Origin: Histomonas meleagridis 2922-C6/04-290x
Lineage: Eukaryota > Protista > Parabasalia
Reading direction: 5' to 3'
DNA length: 28,010 nucleotides
NCBI GenBank assembly: GCA_020184695.1
Contig: JAANOX010000089.1
Location: 1-28,010 of the forward strand
Shown: piece by piece, positions 18,936 to 26,307 of the stretch
Position numbering within the stretch: position 1 is the stretch's first letter
Layout: every line of letters begins with the position of its first letter
Translations under genes and position numbers: made by a program
Notes under the pieces: generated by a model
What the model was told of the DNA's origin: nothing
What the model saw: the letters and a program-made list of their open reading frames with translations, nothing else
Databases searched by the model: none

Positions 18936-20943
18936 ATGGAACAGCAAAATATGCAAAAAAATACAACTCAAGATGGTCTCAATCAGTTAGAAGCAATTGA
19001 ACATATAATTTTCGGGTTAAGTAAAGAAAATATATCTCAATCTGTTGATTTGATCAATAATAAAATTGATGAAATTTATCAAACGTCTTTTAACTTAATC
19101 ATCAGTCAAATGGTATACATAGTGTTCAGAATCAAAATGAATGATATTGATGTTTATTTAAATTTTATAGATGAAATTGATAAATTTGAGAAAAACAACA
19201 ATTACAACTCCAAAATTATGGACGTATTCACTCATTATCTTCTTAACGAAGACACACAAGAATCAAATTATATACTCTATAGTATGATTGAAAACAACAT
19301 GCTTGAACCAGAAACTGTTATAACAAGGAATTATGCATGCTTTGCACATTACATGACAAAAGAAAGAATAAATAGTATGAAATATGAAAAATTTATAAAT
19401 CAAGTCAAAGAAAATTATGAAGAACTATCAAAGAATGATTGGGAACTTCATAAGAAGTTAATTAAAGAAGGAGTTAATCCAAATGAAATTGCGAAAATAA
19501 TTCGATATGATGAAATAGAAAAACTTCAAGAAATATCATCACAAACAAATTTCGATTTCAATCAAACAATTGAACCATCACTTTATGAAAGATGTTCATT
19601 CATTAATAAAGAAAATGTTCCACTAATTGATTATGCTGCATTTTTTTCTGCTATTAAATGTTTTAAATATTTACTTATAAATGGTACAAAATTAACAAAT
19701 ACAGGTAAATATGCAGTTGCAGGTGGAAACTTGGAGATAATTCATTTGTGTGAACAAAACCATGCAACATTTAAAGATGCATATGAAACAGCAATTGAAT
19801 TTCACAAAAACAATATTTTCCATTATCTTGATGAAAATAAATTCATTATGTTTTTTGATTTTGTCGTATTAGGTAAGCAATGTATTTTATATCACAACTA
19901 CGAAATTTTTTCATTTTTAGAAAAAGAAGGTATGAAAATTGATGATGATATTATGAACGAAACTGTAAGTAGAGGGAATCTATTTCTTACCAAATATTTA
20001 CTTAAAGAAAAACATCCTAAAAAATATTTACTTTTTAATTCTTTAATATCAGGAAACACTGAACTTGTTAAGTTTATCTTAGATAAAGGCGTTAACATAA
20101 ATTCTACAGATGTTTTTTTATAAATTTTTCTGTTTATTTTGATAATTTTCTTTAATTTATATAAATAATTTAACACTGCGCTTATATTTGCATCTGAAAG
20201 TGGTCAAATAGATATAGTCAAACTACTTCTTGACCAAAAAGGAATAGATGTTAATGCTAAAAATATTGATTTCTGTTATTTAATTTATGTTTTAATAATT
20301 TTACGCTTAAAATTAATATTTAAGAATTTTGTAAAATATTTGAGACAGCACTTATGCGTGCTTCTTATAAAGGTTATATAGAAGTTGTTAAATTACTTCT
20401 TGAACAAAAAGAAATCAATATCAATTTTACTGATTTTTATTTGTTTAATTTAGAATTTATTTTAATGATTTTGGATTTCAAAATAATATTTGGAATTAAT
20501 TTAAATTATTTGAAACAGCACTTATGAAAGCATCAGAAAATGGTTATATAGAAATAGTTAAATTACTTCTTGAACAAAAAGGAATTGATATCAATATTCA
20601 AGGTTTTTATTTTTATAATTTCTTATTTTAAAATAATATTTAAAAATTATATATATTATTTAAAACAGCGCTTACTAGAGCAGCTGAAAATGGTTATGCG
20701 GATATCGTTAGATTACTTCTTGAACAAAAAGGAATTGAAGTCAATAATGAATATATTTATTTTCGTAACTTTATATTTCAAAATAATATTTGGAAATTAT
20801 TCAAATTATTTAAAACGGAACTTATGTTAGCAGCTCAAAATGGACATACAGAAATAGTTAAATTACTTCTTGAACATGAAGGAGTTGATATAAATGCTCA
20901 AGATATTTTATTGTTTGATTTGATATATGTTTTAATAGCATGA
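18936..20943 (+). CDS. DUF3447-type ankyrin-repeat protein (locus B) with non-canonically interrupted C-terminal repeats
   Basis: Exon 18936-20117 (394 aa; PLIDYAAFF..IKCFKYLL, YAVAGGNLEIIHLCEQ). Then five 102-nt ankyrin segments at 20169-20270, 20339-20440, 20509-20610, 20659-20760 and 20809-20910, each reading F-x-T-(A/E)-L..A...G...IV(K/R)LLL... Joined product is about 574 aa if it ends at TGA 20941-20943. Confidence 0.85.
20118..20168 (+). other. 51-nt intervening sequence
   Basis: In frame with two TAA stops; removal gives STDVF|FNTAL. Confidence 0.65.
20271..20338 (+). other. 68-nt intervening sequence
   Basis: Frameshifting; removal gives AKNID|FETAL. Confidence 0.7.
20441..20508 (+). 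other. 68-nt intervening sequence
   Basis: Frameshifting; removal gives FTDFY|FETAL. Confidence 0.7.
20611..20658 (+). other. 48-nt intervening sequence
   Basis: In frame with two TAA stops; removal gives IQGFY|FKTAL. Confidence 0.7.
20761..20808 (+). other. 48-nt intervening sequence
   Basis: In frame and stop-free (FRNFIFQNNIWKLFKL) but homologous to the other inserts; removal gives NEYIY|FKTEL. Confidence 0.65.
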
Positions 20944-22318
20944 AGTTTTAATAAAACTTCGAAACCCTGAGACATATGATTCAGATTATTATCAAAATCG
21001 TGTCTATAATCTCAAGAAGTTTAATAATTATATTTTTTCCATTATATTTTTCCTTAATCTTTTAATTACCATAACCATTGGCTCATATGCAATCCATAAA
21101 GTTCCAACTCTTCTCATCCAAAAATGTTTAGGCCTTTCATTTATTTTTGGTTTTGTTGGAATACTTTTTAATTTCTTATTCATGTGGCTTTTACCTGAGC
21201 AATATCTTAAGTATAGCATTTTCATTGGTCCAATCTTTGGTATTATTGGTGTCATACTTGGATTTCTTTACGGATATAAAATTGCGATTGGAATTTATAT
21301 TTTCATGGCCATTGTTGTGACGTTTGCATTTTTCTTTTCTCGCCATGACTTATTCTTTTCTCGTGCTCTTTTACAGATGTCCATTCGCACACAGTTCATC
21401 AAATATTTTCCGAACTTTATTTTGCTATCGGTCCATATCGTCGTTGTATCGTGCATTGCAGTTTTCTATTCCTATTCACATATTGCCATACTTCTTCTTG
21501 ATAGTATTTCTTCCTATGCAGTTGTATATATGTTTCTCTCCATCATTTGGATCATAAACACATATTGTAACATTGTTTATATGATCTCATCATCAACAAG
21601 CGCTGCATATTATTTCACCTCGAGCACCGCGCGCGAGATTAAAATACCAATTTTGCGAAGTCTTTTACGTTGCTGTATCTTAAACGTTGGCTGCGCGGCA
21701 CGTGAAGCAGTCTTAGTGCCCATTACGCAATACATTCATACAGTTGCACGCCTTGCGCCGGGTCCAACATTAGAGAAGATCTTCCACAAGAATGACGCGA
21801 AGCCACTAATCAAAGCGCTTAAGAAGTTATCATACATCGCTTCGATCTTTATGAAGCCACTTGACTTATTATTGGGGTATCCAACGCGACAAGGACTGAT
21901 ATACTCGTCGATGTTCGGCGTGCCATATGACGAAGGATGTTTACGCTTTGCTGAGATATCTGCGAAGTATTACTGTAATTTGTTGAACGAGATCCAAACA
22001 ATCGGTACGAACTTGGCATGCCACTCATTAAATATTATATTGATCGCAGTGACAACAGTGGTGCCAACTTGTAACAAATTGGGACAATATTCGAATGTGT
22101 CAATACCTTTCATCTTCGCATACGCTATTGCTAACGCTTTCAGACAAATGTTAAGAGGTCACTACGAAACAATACTCGTAGCATTCAGTGAGTGCCCAAA
22201 TAGAATGAAGACAATCAATAGAGAAGTGGAGGAAATATTGGAACAGCAGTATGGAACTGAGCTCCAAACTCGCTGCTTCAGGCAGAGCAATCAGTTCGAG
22301 GATGAAACAGTTGAGTAA
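20939..22318 (+). CDS. Choline transporter-like (CTL/SLC44/Pns1 family) membrane protein
   Basis: Multiple TM segments. WIINTYCNIVYMISSSTSAAYYF, GLIYSSMFGVPYDEG and ETILVAFSECP match CTL patterns. The frame is open from 20939, 81 codons (including two TM-like segments) before the first ATG at 21182. Confidence 0.75.
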   Translation, partial: HEVLIKLRNPETYDSDYYQNRVYNLKKFNNYIFSIIFFLNLLITITIGSYAIHKVPTLLIQKCLGLSFIFGFVGILFNFLFMWLLPEQYLKYSIFIGPIFGIIGVILGFLYGYKIAIGIYIFMAIVVTFAFFFSRHDLFFSRALLQMSIRTQFIKYFPNFILLSVHIVVVSCIAVFYSYSHIAILLLDSISSYAVVYMFLSIIWIINTYCNIVYMISSSTSAAYYFTSSTAREIKIPILRSLLRCCILNVGCAAREAVLVPITQYIHTVARLAPGPTLEKIFHKNDAKPLIKALKKLSYIASIFMKPLDLLLGYPTRQGLIYSSMFGVPYDEGCLRFAEISAKYYCNLLNEIQTIGTNLACHSLNIILIAVTTVVPTCNKLGQYSNVSIPFIFAYAIANAFRQMLRGHYETILVAFSECPNRMKTINREVEEILEQQYGTELQTRCFRQSNQFEDETVE

Positions 22319-22804
22319 AATTTTATTATTAAATTTGTTGAAAATGCTTTCGAAATATATTTAGTAAAATATTTACTGAGTGTTCAAAATGTTTTCCTTT
22401 GATGGAATTGAGATAAGTGAAAGTGTATTCGTTTCTGTTAAGCATTTACTTATGTTTAAATAACACTTTAAACTACTGTTTATGATTATGATCATCATTT
22501 CTTTCTTAAAAATTTTACATAAAATAGAATATTGATTGTGTTTGGAGCATTTGAAAATAGAGATAAATCAAATTTGTGAAAAAGTGAAAATAATTTTGAG
22601 CCAAATTTCAATGTAAAAAACTGTTTAAACGTCCATTGATATCAAAAACCGTTTTCAAATTGAATAATTTTAAGGCCGATCAAAAAGTGAAACGCACTTT
22701 TCTAGAATTGCTACTTTTTTAGCAAGGGCCGCAGCCAAATAAACTTAGAAAAACCCAATTAAACTCCTTTTATTTCAATTTTCTGAACTTATCTGGTCAC
22801 GACC

Positions 22805-22826
22805 CCTTTTTTCTGTGCGGCCCTTT
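22805..22826 (+). promoter_or_regulatory. Two CCTTT (M5-like) core promoter motifs
   Basis: CCTTT at 22805-22809 and 22822-22826, within 45 nt of the Rab ATG. CCTTT is a described Trichomonas vaginalis core element. Confidence 0.4.
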
Positions 22827-22849
22827 TTCTGGGAATTGTAAAAAGAAAA

Positions 22850-23434
22850 ATGGCTTCGATCATCCCAAGAAAACAGAAAATTGTCCTTCTCGGAGATGCT
22901 GGTGTTGGAAAAACATCACTCCTAAAATATTGGATAGATAAACAGTTTTCTTTAGAACAAGCACCAACTATTGGTGCATCTTTTGTTGAAAGCGATTACA
23001 TTTTCCAAGAAAAAAAGTATCACATTCAAATATGGGATACCGCTGGAGAAGAAAAATACAGGTCAATGACACCAATTTATACACAGGGATCATCTGGGGC
23101 GTTGATTGTATTTAATCTTGCAGACAGATCAACCTTTGAGAATGTTCCTGCATGGCTTGAAATGTTAGATTCTCCTACCTCGATGAAAATCACCCTTGTT
23201 GGCAATAAATCTGATCTTCAAGACCACAAAGTAACTTTTGAAGAAGCTCTTGATTATTGTCAATCTAATTCAATAACATATGTTGAGGCAAGTGCCATGA
23301 ATGGAAATGGTGTTGATTGCGCTTTTCAATCAGTTATTGTTAATGATGATCTCTACCAAAGTGAAACTTTTAATGAGCCAGCAACAGTTGATATTGAAAT
23401 CAAAGATGAGCCGCCTAAAAAGCCTTGTTGTTAA
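22850..23434 (+). CDS. Rab-family small GTPase
   Basis: GDAGVGKTS, TIGASF, WDTAGEEKYRSMTPIY, GNKSD, EASA and a C-terminal CC prenylation motif. Confidence 0.95.
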   Translation: MASIIPRKQKIVLLGDAGVGKTSLLKYWIDKQFSLEQAPTIGASFVESDYIFQEKKYHIQIWDTAGEEKYRSMTPIYTQGSSGALIVFNLADRSTFENVPAWLEMLDSPTSMKITLVGNKSDLQDHKVTFEEALDYCQSNSITYVEASAMNGNGVDCAFQSVIVNDDLYQSETFNEPATVDIEIKDEPPKKPCC

Positions 23435-23560
23435 CTCTGAATATTTATTGCTTTTCAGCAACACTGTTTTTTCAACTAATAAACTTCATTTCGTAAATAT
23501 TAAAATCATATTTTATGTATTTAAGTTATATACTTCATATCTAAAGTTTATTGCTGCATT

Positions 23561-24347
23561 TTACAAAAGACCTTTTTTAATATTATCTTGTTCACAAAGT
23601 AAATTGACTATTTCTTTATTATGATTATTATGTGCAATCTTAGGTGCTGTCATAAATACTTTAAGTAATTTTTATATATTAAATTTGAATTTTTACATCA
23701 TTATAAAAAATTTTAGGTTAAACAAATAAATATTTTTGGCATTAATATCAAAAAAAAATTTCATAATTGTAACATGAAACACATTTTATTCCTAATGTTT
23801 CTAAAATATGAGCTTTATCTAAATTTATTTTCATAAAGATATTTAAAGATACCATTTCGATAAAACTCTATTGCTGTTTTGTGTTAAATAATGAATGATT
23901 TTGTTCACATAAATAAATAATTTCTTCATTTCCCTGCATTTTTAATATTTGTAGCATTCATAAGTAAATATTTAAAACATTTAACTGATCCAAAAAATGA
24001 TGCATAATCAATTAGTGTAAAATTTTTTTGATTAATAAAATCACATCTTTCATAAATTGATTATGGAATTATTTGATTAAAATCGAAATTTGTTTGTGAT
24101 GATATTGAATATATATTTGATCACAATTTTTGGTTAAGTTTAATTCACCATTAAATAAGATGACTCTTGTGAACATTTTTCAAATATGTAGTTAAAAAAA
24201 CTTTAGGATTTCTTTTGTTTAATTTTCTTTTCTATGAGTTGATTTTAATTAACTTAAGTATAAATCACATATATGTGACCATATATGGTCATTTGTTATG
24301 TAATATAGGTCCTCAAAACATTCTATATTTTTGTTTATAGAATTCAT
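23561..24347 (-). pseudogene. Decayed, internally deleted paralog of the 18936 ankyrin gene (locus C)
   Basis: Fragments FNYIFEKCSQESSYL, SSQTNFDFNQIIP*SIYERCDFINQKNFTLIDYASFFGSVKCFKYLLMN, EIIYLCEQNH, KTAIEFYRNGIFKYLYENKF, DINAKNIY|FMTAPKIAHNNHNKEIVNLLCEQ match the 18936 protein in order. Not in the ORF track. Confidence 0.85.
23657..23725 (-). other. 69-nt intervening sequence in an ankyrin repeat
   Basis: TTGTTTAA + CCTAAAATTTTTTATAATGA + TGTAAAAATTCAAATTTAATA + TATAAAAATTACTTAAAGTA; collinear with 20441-20508 and at the same repeat position. Confidence 0.7.
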
Positions 24348-24482
24348 AGTTTCGTCAACTCTAAAATCAGGATCTTTTGGTTCACAGATCATTAATGAAG
24401 TGCTTATGTGTTTTTTAATCTTTCACTTAAAATGCTTTATGTATCGTAAAGTTTGGTGTGCCCTTTTAAAATACGTTAGTTA

Positions 24483-26270
24483 ATGAAAATTTGTGATTTT
24501 CATAACAAAGAACTAACTGTCTTACCTACAGAAGAAATTCCTTGTGATGTTGAGGATCTCAAATTATCATGCAATCAAATTATTAATATTCCTGATGATT
24601 TTTTTCGGACAAGAAAAAGAATTTGGAATCTTGATTGTAGTAATAACAAATTAAAAAAGCTATCATTTACTAAGCATATAAGCGCTCTACGAGTTCTTGA
24701 TTTGTCAAATAATGATTTGGATTTTGATCAATTATTATGTCTTTTAAACATCTACATTGTTCAACTAGAAATATCAGGCAATAATTTTGATGAAGCATTT
24801 TCTTCAAATTTGCTTTTATTTCCTTCATTGCTTGAGAAAGTTTGGATTATAAATGGATATTTTGTATCCGATTATATCCGAAAACAAGCAAAAAAATTCA
24901 GAGAATCCATTCAATTTGGAGAACTAATTCTTTCTCTTTGTCAAGTTCCAACGAAATATCTAGGACAGTCAAGCGTTTCCCAAGCAGCTAATGATTTTAT
25001 CAATAATTTTAACAGTTTCAAATTATTTGATTCAAAACCATTTCTTTCTCCACAAGGGATTCTCCTCAAAAATAAAACAAGCCTTCCACAGATTAATCGA
25101 CTTCAGCATTTATCACAATTATTCCCAATTTCAATTCCAGCATCCAATTTCACAGATTATTTTGGAATATCGTTGGGTGTTCTCTCTCATATTTGGCTTG
25201 GCCTTCCTCTTTCCATTATTCCAGAAAATATTTGTGGAACATTTTGGAAAAATATTTCGCCTGATATCGAAAAATATCGACCTTTTCAACTTATTCTTTT
25301 GCTTCTTTATATTAATGAGCATATTTCTACGTCTGCACAATTAGAAAATGATTTATGGAAATCTCTAGAAATCACTCAATTTCTAAAAATAGGAGAAACC
25401 CCTCTTATCGGATCCACTCCGCGGCTTGTCCTGACTTCGTTTTATGAACATATAAATTTGGATCCAAATCCTAAAGATTTTCCCGATTACAAAATTTACA
25501 TGAAACTTGTACAACACATGAAAATCCCTGAAGAAAAGAGAAGTATTTTCGAATTGGTTCATAAAGAAATTTTGAATCCTTTACATTATGATGGAACATC
25601 ATATCCTTGTAAAGATGATCCAATTATTGTACAAAATCCTTTAAAAAATTCTTTAACAAAAGGAAAAGTTTTTGAGATAGTAAATGGAAGAGTTTGTGCT
25701 CTAATTGATTCTATTATAATTCAACTTCCGCTTAATGATATTTTTTGGGATTCACGTGGAATATGGAAAGAAACACACCAAACTAAGTCCGCGAAAATAC
25801 CAAAGAACAGATATAAACTAATGACTCCTCTTAAATCTGCTTTCAAACCCGAAATAACGGAAAAGCCGCTTTCGGGGTGCCCCGATCCTCTGAAACCGTT
25901 AAATAATTGGAGGAAAATTTCCAAAGAATCCAAATTCATTAATAGAAATACTCCTGTTATAAAGTCACAACCTACCAAAGGACATATTTTACCATTGCTG
26001 CCTGGGAATCAATCAGTTCCAAAAGTAATAGTTCAATCGAAAAGAACACATCAAGTTATAAAAGATGTGGTCAATATTACATTTGGAAATGAAACTATTA
26101 ATGGACATCGGATGAGGAAATTTAATGTTCGTATAGAAAATCAGTTAACACATAAATCAAAATATTTATGGATTAATGAAAATGAAGTTTCACCCGATGA
26201 TATTCAAATGCTTGTCTTATTATACAAGAAACACATAGAGGACAGAGTTATTGTGGTTCCAGGCGATTAA
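24483..26270 (+). CDS. Leucine-rich-repeat protein, 595 aa
   Basis: N-terminal LxLxxNxL repeats (LKLSCNQI, LDCSNNKL, LDLSNNDL, LEISGNNF); the rest is unassigned. Confidence 0.8.
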   Translation: MKICDFHNKELTVLPTEEIPCDVEDLKLSCNQIINIPDDFFRTRKRIWNLDCSNNKLKKLSFTKHISALRVLDLSNNDLDFDQLLCLLNIYIVQLEISGNNFDEAFSSNLLLFPSLLEKVWIINGYFVSDYIRKQAKKFRESIQFGELILSLCQVPTKYLGQSSVSQAANDFINNFNSFKLFDSKPFLSPQGILLKNKTSLPQINRLQHLSQLFPISIPASNFTDYFGISLGVLSHIWLGLPLSIIPENICGTFWKNISPDIEKYRPFQLILLLLYINEHISTSAQLENDLWKSLEITQFLKIGETPLIGSTPRLVLTSFYEHINLDPNPKDFPDYKIYMKLVQHMKIPEEKRSIFELVHKEILNPLHYDGTSYPCKDDPIIVQNPLKNSLTKGKVFEIVNGRVCALIDSIIIQLPLNDIFWDSRGIWKETHQTKSAKIPKNRYKLMTPLKSAFKPEITEKPLSGCPDPLKPLNNWRKISKESKFINRNTPVIKSQPTKGHILPLLPGNQSVPKVIVQSKRTHQVIKDVVNITFGNETINGHRMRKFNVRIENQLTHKSKYLWINENEVSPDDIQMLVLLYKKHIEDRVIVVPGD

Positions 26271-26307
26271 AATTATTGTTTGTAAATATTTATTATATAA
26301 AAACATT

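Noticed and set aside
20109-20818. Uniform (A/G)T...ACAG, U12-like intron model using the D codon and the T-A codons
   Set aside because: It is in frame, but shortens each repeat to 28 aa. The 3' end is ACTG at 20175-20178 and ACGG at 20815-20818, and the latter join creates a TAA stop. AT-AC joins are out of frame.
20271-20830. Canonical GT-AG introns explaining the ankyrin interruptions
   Set aside because: In-frame GT-AG pairs exist only for some gaps (20275-20348, 20603-20668, 20765-20830), and each deletes conserved ankyrin residues including the Thr. The 20441 gap and locus A have no sensible solution, and there is no ACTAAC branch point.
20169-20910. CRISPR-like repeat-spacer array
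   Set aside because: The repeats are 102-nt protein-coding ankyrin segments, the spacers are homologous to each other, there are no cas genes, and the context is eukaryotic.
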